A DNA stretch of 64,000 nt, from positions 32,001-96,000 of IMG/VR virus record IMGVR_UViG_2654587994_000003; one strand, 5' to 3'. The DNA comes from a virus (lineage: Duplodnaviria; Caudoviricetes). Positions 46,836 through 56,124 of this stretch are shown one piece after another. The translations under genes were made by a program, and so were the position numbers. A model generated the notes under the pieces. That model was given only the letters and a program-made list of their open reading frames with translations, was not told the origin of the DNA and made no database searches. Position 1 is the stretch's first letter. Each line of letters starts with the position of its first letter.

Positions 46836-47153
46836 CCCACCAACCTCGACCGGATATCCGTCAACGCCGATGACCACGGCCTGCTGGCCTCGCTCGAGGC
46901 GAGCCTTCAGCTTGTCGTGGCATGGAGCGCACAACGATTGCAGATTGCTTGGGCCGTAGAACAAAGCCTCATCACCCTTATGCGGCTCGATATGGTCACA
47001 CACCGTAGCTTCAGTGACGTCCTCAATGGCTAGGCAGAACCGACACAAGGGCTCGGCAGCAAGCTGAGCCTCGCGCAGTCGCGCCCATCGTGCCGTCTTG
47101 TAGAGGCGACGGTAGAGAGCGGCTTCGGTCGAGCGGCCGTAGGGTTTGGGCAT
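46833..47153 (-). CDS. Packaging HNH endonuclease (HK97 gp74-like)
   Basis: Y...RW..LR..QL..EPLC..C, DHI.PHKGD..LF....NLQSLC..CH. Confidence 0.92.
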   Translation of the reverse strand: MPKPYGRSTEAALYRRLYKTARWARLREAQLAAEPLCRFCLAIEDVTEATVCDHIEPHKGDEALFYGPSNLQSLCAPCHDKLKARLERGQQAVVIGVDGYPVEVGG

Positions 47154-47213
47154 TGCACTACACCCTTATGACGTGCATTCTTCCTTACATTCTATCGCTG
47201 ACTGGGGAACAGA

Positions 47214-47636
47214 ATGGACATTGTTGGATCAATTAGCGCCGTTACATCGGCTATTTCTCTCGTGAAGGAACTTAGGGAAATTGACGCCCAGTTCGACAAG
47301 GCAGAGATGAAACTCAAAGTTGCCGAACTTACTGAAGCTCTGTCGGACGCGAAGTTAGGCCTCGTGGATGTTGCTCAATCGCTGAAAGAGAAAGATGAGC
47401 AAATCAACAAGCTGAAGGCCTCGATCCAACGTCGAGAAGAAACGGTCGAGAGAAATGGGTATCGGTACCGCAAAGGCGAAAACGGAGAGCCAGTCGGTAA
47501 GCCTTTTTGTCCGGTTTGTCTGGAGGAAGGCAACTTCATATTGACGGTCAACAGCTTCGATGACGGCAGGCCGACAAAATGTCCGCGATGCAAGGCGAAC
47601 TTTGGAAATGTGACTGGCTACCGAGAACAATCCTGA
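47214..47636 (+). CDS. Coiled-coil protein with C-terminal Zn ribbon (moron)
   Basis: FCPVC...CPRC; antisense to phage genes; SD GGGGA. Confidence 0.7.
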   Translation: MDIVGSISAVTSAISLVKELREIDAQFDKAEMKLKVAELTEALSDAKLGLVDVAQSLKEKDEQINKLKASIQRREETVERNGYRYRKGENGEPVGKPFCPVCLEEGNFILTVNSFDDGRPTKCPRCKANFGNVTGYREQS

Positions 47637-47735
47637 ACAGCGTCATCGAACGCTAAAACAAAAGCGCCGGGCTCAACCACGATGGGGAACCCGGCGCACG
47701 ATCACCATGCAAGCGGAGGAGAACGCGCATGGGAT

Positions 47736-47812
<77 letters not shown>

Positions 47813-47944
47813 TGATAGTTACCCGCTGCGTTCAGCGGCTGCACCGAATGCAGCATGACGGCGGGGCGGTCGTAACCGCAAAGGGGCGAAGGTATCTTTC
47901 GATACCCTCTCACCCCTCGGGGATTTGAGTGCGCGTGGCGGTCC

Positions 47945-48889
47945 CTATGCTGCGCGGTCACGGAAACGGCTGAGTGCCAACTCTGCTAACCTTGCCTCGC
48001 GTTTATCGATCTCCTGCCACCTAATGCTCACAGTGCCTATTGCCATGCCAACCAATGCGCGACCAGCAACAGCTGGCTTCAAGACCTCACCCCTGCGCTT
48101 TCCTATTTCGGAGTAGCTCTGGCCGCCCAACACCGCATCCTCGAAAGGTTCGACCAGCGGTCCTAGTGACGACCGAAGCTCCGCCAGGATCGGTTTGGCG
48201 TCGATATATTCATTCAGGATTTCATCGGTGATCTTCACGTGTAAGCTTTCCGTCTTGATCACACTGCCTGAAGCCACGTTGTCGTTGGCTGCGACCACAG
48301 TCCTCCGTGGCGGTATCGAATGCGATCCCTTGCTCTTCTTGACCTTCGTAGAGATTTTGATCTCGCCACTCGGCATTTCCTTCCAGTCGGACGCGGCGGC
48401 TCGGTCAATGTCCGATTCTGGCGTAAGGCGTTTGGTTTCCCTGACCACCTCCCCTCCGTCAGCCTTGCTGTAGTCCAACCCTTTCAGCGGCTCAGCCTCA
48501 CAAAGCGCCACAAGCCGGCGATATCGAAGGACGACAGCTACAAGATCCTCACGCTCATCACGGCGAAGCGCCTCAAGCAACGGAAAGTCCTCGCCGCGGC
48601 TCTGAACACAAGAGGGATCACCAATCGACTGCCGCTTCACTATCGCCCTCCGAACCTTCGCCATTTTCCTCGCCTCGTCAGCCGCTTTGGCTTTTGCTCG
48701 TTCTCTGCCTGCCGCCCTCTCCTCTGCAGTCTGCGGGATTTTGAGAACGTCTCTTGTTTTGGTTTCCTCGATTGGCTCCCACTTTCCATCCACCTTACGG
48801 AAGCGAGTGTTGGTCCTGTATGGATGCGGCTGGTCGCCGGTGAAGGCTACCCTGCCAGTGGCGTCGATGATCTGGTCTTCCTCGTTCAT
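47945..48889 (-). CDS. Hypothetical protein, possible late-gene regulator
   Basis: C-terminal HTH-like 'G.SYSEIG'; position just upstream of tRNA/HNH/terS. Confidence 0.6.
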   Translation of the reverse strand: MNEEDQIIDATGRVAFTGDQPHPYRTNTRFRKVDGKWEPIEETKTRDVLKIPQTAEERAAGRERAKAKAADEARKMAKVRRAIVKRQSIGDPSCVQSRGEDFPLLEALRRDEREDLVAVVLRYRRLVALCEAEPLKGLDYSKADGGEVVRETKRLTPESDIDRAAASDWKEMPSGEIKISTKVKKSKGSHSIPPRRTVVAANDNVASGSVIKTESLHVKITDEILNEYIDAKPILAELRSSLGPLVEPFEDAVLGGQSYSEIGKRRGEVLKPAVAGRALVGMAIGTVSIRWQEIDKREARLAELALSRFRDRAA

Positions 48890-48926
48890 TGCTGTCTCCC
48901 CTGTGGTGCTCTTACTGCTGCTGCGC

Positions 48927-49400
48927 TTACGTTGGATGATTGTCGTTATCGGCCAGCCATCCTTTGACGAGTGCCACTGCCTTGTCGGCCGCTTCTGTCG
49001 TGGATGTGAACCGCACCACTTCCACTGGGTGCCCTAGCCGCGCCAGCGACGCATGCCGCTCAACCTGAGCCGGAGACAGGCGGCCTTTGCCGACTTTGTT
49101 CTCGATCATCCGCAGGGTGCCGCCCTTGAGGTAGATCCGCAGGTCAGCTTCTCCCGGCGTCATGCCAGTTGCGATTGCGTCAGCCTGGGCCCGTGGCCCG
49201 CGCTTCGCGCTGTTCATGTCGCCTGCCAGCAGGAACTGGCGGCCGTACTCCGGCAGCGACCGCAGGGCGCGAACCTGGGCCGCCTGCCCTTCACTTTCCT
49301 TGATGGGTGCGTCTGCGACAGTGACCTTGCCTTTTGGCGAAGTACGGATGACGACGCGCTTGCCATTGATGCGGGTGGTTTGGCTTGTGGCTCTGCCCAT
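48927..49400 (-). CDS. VRR-NUC domain nuclease
   Basis: E...Q, G...G.ADL, IENK...GRLS..Q...H..L..LG..V.V motifs; start at MGRATS. Confidence 0.85.
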   Translation of the reverse strand: MGRATSQTTRINGKRVVIRTSPKGKVTVADAPIKESEGQAAQVRALRSLPEYGRQFLLAGDMNSAKRGPRAQADAIATGMTPGEADLRIYLKGGTLRMIENKVGKGRLSPAQVERHASLARLGHPVEVVRFTSTTEAADKAVALVKGWLADNDNHPT

Positions 49401-49504
49401 GGGCGTCTCCTCGTGGTGCGGTGTCGTGGTGGCGACACACTTACTTTCCGAGAGACGAGCGAAAACGGGTAGTCGAATTTGAAAATATTTTTGGGTGAGC
49501 ATCA

Positions 49505-49700
49505 GGTTGCACCCGGACCGCCCCTCTGGCCGGTGCACGTTGCCCGAATAAATCATCTTGAGAACCGTGCGCGCGGCACACCGCCCTGCACGGTTGCACG
49601 TGTAGGGGTATATATAAATATATACCCTACTAAACGTGCACTAACCGGGCAGCGCTGTGCAGGTGTCTCCGCCCGGACGTGCACAGTTACTGCACGGATA
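49505..49700. other. Putative phage replication origin
   Basis: About 8 TGCAC/GTGCA repeats flanking the AT-rich near-palindrome GTAGGGGTATATAT-aa-ATATATACCCTAC (49602-49630). Confidence 0.55.
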
Positions 49701-49767
49701 AAATTTTGTTATCCGGGCAAACTTTAACGCGAATATGATGATGCGTTTTGGTTGTATTGCCGGTCGC

Positions 49768-50715
49768 TTACGACAGCTCTTTTTCCGATTTCGACAAGAA
49801 CAAGATTGTGGACGCTGTCATATGCATTATGTACTCGACGACACTATCGTCAACGTCAACCGGAGTTGCACCCTGGCCATGCCCAGCGTTCTTGTTGCGG
49901 CCGGTGGGTACCCCACTCTCTAGGAGCGCTTTTAAATTCGATAGATTGTTTTGCCAATACGAAGGCACGAGACCCTTATCAAAGCATATTGTAATGAGGT
50001 CTTTTGCCGTGGCCCTTCCCTTATCATAAGTCCACCCGCGCTTGTCGCAGATCGCCTTCATCGTGCTCTCGAATGCCTTAAGGCAGTCTACAATCGCTTG
50101 CTTGTGTTCGCCAGCACGGTAATGTTTGTGCGCACTGAGGAATTCCTGTCTTGGTCCAGCGTACATTGCGCCATTCAGGAAGGATAGCGCAGGCTTTACA
50201 ATCTCCGCATGCACAAGCTCGGAGTCTATGCGAACGATTTGATCGTTTAGCCACTCAAACCCTACGCCGTTTTCTTTGATTCTATAGTTTATTTCTTTGA
50301 TAGCTTCGTCGCAACGATGCGCCGCATCTTCCAGCGCGCGATAAGATTGTGATCTGCAAAAAACATTAATGGCAGTTATGCCAACTTCAACCGCATCTAA
50401 ATAGAAATCAGCCGATTTAGATGATAGAATATAGTTCAAGTATTCCAGCCGGAAATCATCATCGTATGACTTCGAGCCCGAGAGGCGCATTACCCCATGC
50501 TCTCTGCGGAGAATTCTAACTACTTCCTCATAGCATCGATGCACATTCACGGCGCGGTCGTCGCTGCGATAATAGTCATCTGGATTGCCAAAAATCTCAT
50601 CGAATATCTGTACCGTCTGCACCTTGAGCTTTTGCGGAATATTTTCGTATTCGTAAACGTCAACTACGTTCCCAGATTTCTTGGCCGCGCGCTTTGAATA
50701 CAGTTCAAATATCAT
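49768..50715 (-). CDS. AbiJ-NTD4 / HEPN-like (STM4504/CBY_0614-type) putative abortive infection protein
   Basis: IFELYSKR...DVY.Y..IP..L.VQ N-terminus; AI....KAFEST.K.IC and RN...GHG (Rx4-6H) C-terminus; lower GC. Confidence 0.75.
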   Translation of the reverse strand: MIFELYSKRAAKKSGNVVDVYEYENIPQKLKVQTVQIFDEIFGNPDDYYRSDDRAVNVHRCYEEVVRILRREHGVMRLSGSKSYDDDFRLEYLNYILSSKSADFYLDAVEVGITAINVFCRSQSYRALEDAAHRCDEAIKEINYRIKENGVGFEWLNDQIVRIDSELVHAEIVKPALSFLNGAMYAGPRQEFLSAHKHYRAGEHKQAIVDCLKAFESTMKAICDKRGWTYDKGRATAKDLITICFDKGLVPSYWQNNLSNLKALLESGVPTGRNKNAGHGQGATPVDVDDSVVEYIMHMTASTILFLSKSEKELS

Positions 50716-50944
50716 GGAAAACTACCCCAGCAAACCAAAGACAATTCACCTATCCTCAATACACCTCAAAGTTTATCTTTCAGAGTAAAAAGCCGCTCAG
50801 TCCACAACAAAAAAGGCCGGTGCATCACTGCCCCAGCCTTCCTGTCGCTCGCCGCTGCTGCCAGTACATGCGTGGTCAGTGCGCAAGCTACTTGGCGTTA
50901 TGAATGCGTGGAGGCTGGTTTGGTTCCTCCTTCTCGCTTAGAAT

Positions 50945-52312
50945 TCAGAAAGTTCTCGACAACACTTTCTGAACGACTCCCTCAATAACTTTCTCCGAAA
51001 GGCTGTGCCCTCCGAAGCTTGAAAGCATGGGATCAGTTGCGCTTTTGATGAGAGGAGCAAGGGAGTTTATCGGGGTGTCACACCTCATCTGAACATAACC
51101 AGTTTCGCTATCGACGTATGACGGATCCCATGCTGAAATGTAGCGGCTCCAGTCACTCCAAGCTTCCAACTCCCTGCCTGCGATACCCGACCATTTAAAT
51201 AAAACATGAATCTCTGCATCATCGCTAGCGCCCAATTCGCGCGCAAACGCAAGAAGCACAGCCAATGTTTCTGCAACGCGCCAGAGAACCAATATTGGAT
51301 CAAGTTTTGTTCTCGGCGGTACCTTGTCTGTTAAATCATCTTGGAGAATACGCCACAAATAGAACTCTCCCGTCTTCCGAATTCGATAGAAATCTACATG
51401 ACCGGATAAGATCGTAGTCTCCCAGTGGCTGTTGACTTTTCTTGGCTTCCATCTTTGGTCATAAAAATTTCGGGAATCTAGCCAAACAGGCCATCCGGTA
51501 TACCTTGGGTTACTCGAAGCGACCTTGTTCAAGAAATCAATGTCGTTTCCCTCGCTTATCGGCGGGTCGATTATTGCCATTGCGCTCCATGAACCCATAT
51601 CAGCAAACGGACTGTAATCTGTTGCAAAGTCGGATGAACTGAGGACTTGATCTCGTCGATCCTCGTTTTCTGCCATAAGGACAGTCAATCTTTCCAACAT
51701 AGTTGGTGGAGCGGGTGCGGCTCCGAATGACTGCAAGAGAGCGGTAAGCGATTCCCCGCCAAGGTGCCTGCGAAGAAATCTACCGATGTCGGCCTCACGG
51801 TTATCGAAACAGATATCTACAATATCTTTCCAATCGGAAGCCAGAGCTGGCGCCGAACTTACTCGACCGTTTGAGTTGAGCGTCCTGAAATAAACCCTAT
51901 CTTTCAGCACACTGTTTCCACCTGGCACCGTCAATTCACGCTTCGTGGCTACAGGCACTGTAACGCCCGCAGGGACTTTTATTACTGGGTATGGTCGGTC
52001 TTTAAACCTGGCGAAACCTACAAGAACTTCGAATGGTATCGACGCGTATTTTGAGACAATTCCCTGCACCACGTCCGCATGAAATGCTTCAAATACGTCT
52101 GTTAGTTCATTTTCCAGATCAGGCAGTAGAGTGGTGTCATCGAAGCCGACAACAAGATAACCCCCGTTTCTATTTCGAAGCGCGATGGTAGCTTGTATTA
52201 TTTTTGCTGCCCCTGAGGGTAAACGTGGATCAATCCATCTCTTAACCTCAACACTTAGCGACTCAGAAAGGCTGGAAACAAGTCCATCTATCTCGTCTTG
52301 CGTGATATCCAT
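50945..52312 (-). CDS. Schlafen/AlbA_2 domain protein (putative defence)
   Basis: SES..VE.K.W, ALRN.NGGYLVVGFDD, V.YFR motifs; lower GC. Confidence 0.8.
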   Translation of the reverse strand: MDITQDEIDGLVSSLSESLSVEVKRWIDPRLPSGAAKIIQATIALRNRNGGYLVVGFDDTTLLPDLENELTDVFEAFHADVVQGIVSKYASIPFEVLVGFARFKDRPYPVIKVPAGVTVPVATKRELTVPGGNSVLKDRVYFRTLNSNGRVSSAPALASDWKDIVDICFDNREADIGRFLRRHLGGESLTALLQSFGAAPAPPTMLERLTVLMAENEDRRDQVLSSSDFATDYSPFADMGSWSAMAIIDPPISEGNDIDFLNKVASSNPRYTGWPVWLDSRNFYDQRWKPRKVNSHWETTILSGHVDFYRIRKTGEFYLWRILQDDLTDKVPPRTKLDPILVLWRVAETLAVLLAFARELGASDDAEIHVLFKWSGIAGRELEAWSDWSRYISAWDPSYVDSETGYVQMRCDTPINSLAPLIKSATDPMLSSFGGHSLSEKVIEGVVQKVLSRTF

Positions 52313-52392
52313 TAGTCCCTCCAGCATTGTTCGCCTACGAATAAGAACTTTATTTGCCTGGGGTAGCAAGATGCTGTAGCGACACCTCCGCT

Positions 52393-54615
52393 TCACGCCG
52401 CCCTCACAAACACCGCCAACTCTCGCCGCACAGGATCCCGCTCCTCCCGCTCGACAAGCGCGCCTTCACGCATAAGGGCGCCCACAAGGCTGGCCGCCCG
52501 CTTGCGCTGCACGTTGTCGTCCAAATCCAGCCCCACAGCGTACGCTACAGCGCCTCCGACCCAGTTCTTGGCCTTCGGTGACTTCTTGTAGTCGGACGCG
52601 CTTACGGCCGCCAGGATGGACGCGCGCTGGTCTTCCGTGAGTTCGCCCGCTACTTCCGCAGCGCTTGGCCACTGCCACTCCGTGACGACCGGTGCGAAGT
52701 CCTGCGGCTGAGCAAGGCCGGTCCCGTTTCCAAGCGGCGTCGAGACGAGATGGCGCCACTCGGCCTTGTGCGAAAGCGGCGTCAGGTTCGACTTGCCATA
52801 GGTGGTGTAGAAATAGCCGAAGCGGTCAGCCTTATCGATACCAGCCTCGCCTGCCTGCTCCTCTGACATGCGGTTCAGGACGCGCACCGAACGCGCCGCG
52901 CCTATCAGTGACACCGCACCACGCGCATCTTCAACCGTCGCCTCTCGGTCAGCGACCTTGCGAAGGTGGTGCACGATGTCGATTGAGCAGTTGGTGTAGT
53001 CAGCAATTTGGGCCCAAAGCTTCGCCACCTTGTCGATCGCACCGTTGTCGTTCTCATTGACGCCGTGCGTGGACACGAACGGATCGACAATCATGACGTC
53101 GATGCCATTGCGCTCGATCTGCTCGACCACCGCCTCGACGATCGGTTGCTGAATCCGAACGCCAGCCTTCTTGTCCTCGATGGCGACGCACAGTTCCTGC
53201 TCACGACCGCTGTCCAGGAAGAGATGGCCTTCGAGGTCGGCAGGCTTCAGTTTGTAGTGGATGCAGGCCGCCATGATGCGCCGCTCCATTTCGTCGCGCG
53301 GATCCTCGGCGTTGAATATCCACGTGCGCAGACGCTTCGGCGGCTTGGTGCCAAGCAGCGCCCTGCCCGACACCATGGCAAGCGCCTCAGCGATGCTGCT
53401 GGACGTCTTGCCTAGGCCGCCAGGCGACACCGTGACGGACACGTATTTGCGGATGAAGTGCGAGCCGTATGCGAACTCACGGCGCGGCAGTGTCTTGGGA
53501 TCGATCCACTTGAAGGCAGTTGCGGTGATGGGTGACGGAGGCGTGTTGTCGTTGGCGGGCTCGATATCACCAGCGGGTGATACGACTTCCTGCTCGGGAA
53601 TATCCGTGCGGTTCTGCGGCACGGCTTCCACCACGACATCCGCTTCCACCGCAGCCGCCTGCTCGCGCAGCCTGCCTTTTTCAAGGCCTCGCTGGATCAT
53701 CCGCGTAATGTCCACCAGACGCGTGTTGTCGTGCGCCGGGAAGTCGGGCTCAGGAATGTGGCGCGGGTTCTGGATGCCAGCCTTAAGACCGTTCTCGATG
53801 GTCTTGCAGCAGCGCGACCAGTCCCTGCCCCAGCCGCGAGCAACGTCCTGTAGCAGCGCACGCGCCTCCGCCTCGCTAAGTGCACCAGCGCCGACGATAG
53901 TGCCGATTGAGAACGCGGCATCGTTGAGCGCATTGTTACGCGTCCCCATGGGAGCGCCAGCAAGGTCCGCCAGCTCACGGTCGACGGCGGCATCCACATA
54001 AGCGTTGTTGGTAGCTGCCGACAGGCTGTACTGCGTGTGAGCGGGCGCCGACTTCGGCAGCAGCAGGTCAAGCAGCCAGGCCGGCGCGTCCGCGATTTCG
54101 CGCGTGTCTGTTTCCCACTTGTATGATCGCCCATTCGCCATCGTGCTGCCAGCGGCCAGCACGTAGCCGCCCTCGGACCGGATATCGACGCCAGCACCAA
54201 GCGCGCCGCGGTTGCGCGTGCCCACGACGTACTTGAAGTAGATATGCAGCCCGCCGTTTGGGCTCGTAACGCGTGCCGTGTCTGGCAGCGGACCGTGCTC
54301 CGCTTCCATCTCGGACAACCAATCGAAGCCATTCGCGCCGCCGGGCTTATTGTCGATGTCCAACGCGAAGAAGCCCGTCTTTTCGCCCGTCGGAAGGCCA
54401 ACGGCGGCATCCGGCCAATCCGACCACCATCTCTCGATGATGCGCGGAAAACGCGTCGCGCCCTTGAAGCCATTGGGCGTCAAAGGCGTCTTTTCGCCAA
54501 GCGTAATGATCTCGCCGGTTGCCTGGTCGACGTGTTCCTCGGCGTGTGAGCGGCATGGAAATACGGGCCAGCCTTGGGCGACGTAGTATTGCGCTAATTC
54601 AAGCGGGGTTTGCAA
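52393..54615 (-). CDS. Bifunctional Prim-Pol fused to AAA_25 (RepA-like) helicase
   Basis: GWPVFPC, LDID, SPNGGLH.Y, DIRS.GGYV; PGGLGKTS Walker A, IVDP, IVHH.RK motifs. Confidence 0.92.
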   Translation of the reverse strand: MQTPLELAQYYVAQGWPVFPCRSHAEEHVDQATGEIITLGEKTPLTPNGFKGATRFPRIIERWWSDWPDAAVGLPTGEKTGFFALDIDNKPGGANGFDWLSEMEAEHGPLPDTARVTSPNGGLHIYFKYVVGTRNRGALGAGVDIRSEGGYVLAAGSTMANGRSYKWETDTREIADAPAWLLDLLLPKSAPAHTQYSLSAATNNAYVDAAVDRELADLAGAPMGTRNNALNDAAFSIGTIVGAGALSEAEARALLQDVARGWGRDWSRCCKTIENGLKAGIQNPRHIPEPDFPAHDNTRLVDITRMIQRGLEKGRLREQAAAVEADVVVEAVPQNRTDIPEQEVVSPAGDIEPANDNTPPSPITATAFKWIDPKTLPRREFAYGSHFIRKYVSVTVSPGGLGKTSSSIAEALAMVSGRALLGTKPPKRLRTWIFNAEDPRDEMERRIMAACIHYKLKPADLEGHLFLDSGREQELCVAIEDKKAGVRIQQPIVEAVVEQIERNGIDVMIVDPFVSTHGVNENDNGAIDKVAKLWAQIADYTNCSIDIVHHLRKVADREATVEDARGAVSLIGAARSVRVLNRMSEEQAGEAGIDKADRFGYFYTTYGKSNLTPLSHKAEWRHLVSTPLGNGTGLAQPQDFAPVVTEWQWPSAAEVAGELTEDQRASILAAVSASDYKKSPKAKNWVGGAVAYAVGLDLDDNVQRKRAASLVGALMREGALVEREERDPVRRELAVFVRAA

Positions 54616-54692
54616 TGGGGGTCTCCTTGGCTTGATAAGGCGAGACGGCGGCTGCTACACAACGCAGACACGCATTTTGGCTAGGGGTGGCT

Positions 54693-55514
54693 ATGTCCTG
54701 GGGATTCGATAAAGGTCGCATTTACAACAGACGCGCGAGCATTCACGCGCCGTTCGGCGGTCAGCAGCAGGGCGGCATCATCACCCCTAAGAAACATAAT
54801 CTGGTGATCATCGTCACAGGCGAAGAAGGTCACGAGCATGGCTACAATGACACGTGGTCCCCAGATGGTAGGTTCGATTACTTTGGCGAGGGCCAAGTCG
54901 GCGACATGAAGATGGAGAAGGGCAATCTCGGCATTGCCAGCCATTCGGCCCGCGGCAAAAGCCTCTTGCTCTTCACTAAACTAAAGGCAGGCCTAAGGTT
55001 CGAAAGCGAGATGGTTTATGAGGGCCATAAGATCGTCAGAGCTCCCGACCGTCTGGGAAATATGCGTGACGCCATAGTGTTCGCCCTTCGCCCGATCGAC
55101 ACGGTGTTCGAGCACGTCGAAAGTGTGCCTGTCGCCTCGCCACAGACGGCCAAATCCTTGGATGATCTCAAGAAGCGTGCCTTTGCCGCATCTGTCCAGA
55201 AACCGGCAAAAAATCAGGTGACTACGAGCGTCTTCGACAGAAGTCGTGACGTGCGAGATTACGTGGTTGCGCGATCTCTCGGCAAATGTGAGGGCTGTGG
55301 GAACGACGCTCCCTTTACCCGGCCGAATGGTGTGCCCTACCTCGAGCCCCATCACATCCGCCGCCTCACTGACGGAGGGCCAGACGACCCGAGATTTGTG
55401 ATTGCGCTCTGCCCCAACTGTCATCGACGTGTTCATTCCGGGAGTGATGGCGCCGATTACAACGGGACGCTTCTTGAGAAGATGAAGACTATCGAGCTGG
55501 GCGTGCCCAGTTAG
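54693..55514 (+). CDS. SRA-like + HNH (McrA-type) putative modification-dependent restriction endonuclease
   Basis: FGGQQQGGI.TP, GY.D.W, YFGEGQ.GDM...GN (SRA-like); C..C...PF...PYLE.HH...GG.D...ALCPNCH (McrA HNH). Confidence 0.78.
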   Translation: MSWGFDKGRIYNRRASIHAPFGGQQQGGIITPKKHNLVIIVTGEEGHEHGYNDTWSPDGRFDYFGEGQVGDMKMEKGNLGIASHSARGKSLLLFTKLKAGLRFESEMVYEGHKIVRAPDRLGNMRDAIVFALRPIDTVFEHVESVPVASPQTAKSLDDLKKRAFAASVQKPAKNQVTTSVFDRSRDVRDYVVARSLGKCEGCGNDAPFTRPNGVPYLEPHHIRRLTDGGPDDPRFVIALCPNCHRRVHSGSDGADYNGTLLEKMKTIELGVPS

Positions 55515-55519
55515 CCGGC

Positions 55520-55894
55520 TCAAAATGGCGCCTCGCTCAACGCCGCCCTTAGCCCCCGAGCGCAGCCCTCCCACGCTGCCTTGACCATCATGCGCTGCAT
55601 GAGCTCGTCAAAGTGCGCCAGGTCAGTAACACCATGCTCGGCGATGTATTCGCCGACGGCATCAACGCCTGCATCCAGGGCGCGCAGCTCGTAGTCATCG
55701 AGGCGATCGATTTTCTTGTAGTTGTCGATGCCCACGGCGCACCTCCGGCAGATGTAGTTAGGGTCCTTGTCTCGGCCGTTGGCGTTCACGCCGATACCGA
55801 AGGCGTGCATGCCGCAGACAAAGCATGTGGTCGGATTATGGTCGGCGTCGACCGTTGGCGTGTGTTGTCTCGGGGTGGTTGGGAGTTTGGTCAT
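55520..55894 (-). CDS. Hypothetical phage protein (DUF6511-like, Zn-binding)
   Basis: CFVC...ICRRC; E..A...G...GEY pattern. Confidence 0.65.
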   Translation of the reverse strand: MTKLPTTPRQHTPTVDADHNPTTCFVCGMHAFGIGVNANGRDKDPNYICRRCAVGIDNYKKIDRLDDYELRALDAGVDAVGEYIAEHGVTDLAHFDELMQRMMVKAAWEGCARGLRAALSEAPF

Positions 55895-56124
55895 GCCTGC
55901 GCCTCCGCCCATTCGACCCACGCCAGCAACTTCTCTGCAGGAAAGCTGCTAAGACGGCTGCCATCATCCTTGATCTGCAACAGGTATCCGCGCGGGAACC
56001 TGGGCGGTGGCTTGAAGCCTTCTGGCAAAACCAGCGAAACGCTGGCCTTGCTCTCATCCAGACCTAGTTCGCGCGCACCGGTAAGGCTTGCGTTGCAAGC
56101 TTCTTTCATCTCGGCCGAGGTCAT
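55891..56124 (-). CDS. Hypothetical phage protein
   Basis: ATGA overlaps on both sides. Confidence 0.6.
   Translation of the reverse strand: MTSAEMKEACNASLTGARELGLDESKASVSLVLPEGFKPPPRFPRGYLLQIKDDGSRLSSFPAEKLLAWVEWAEAQA

Noticed and set aside
47813-47944. Hairpin-rich stretch upstream of the phage tRNA as a separate ncRNA
   Set aside because: Several short stems are present, but there is no second copy, clear promoter or covariation; it may simply be the late leader.
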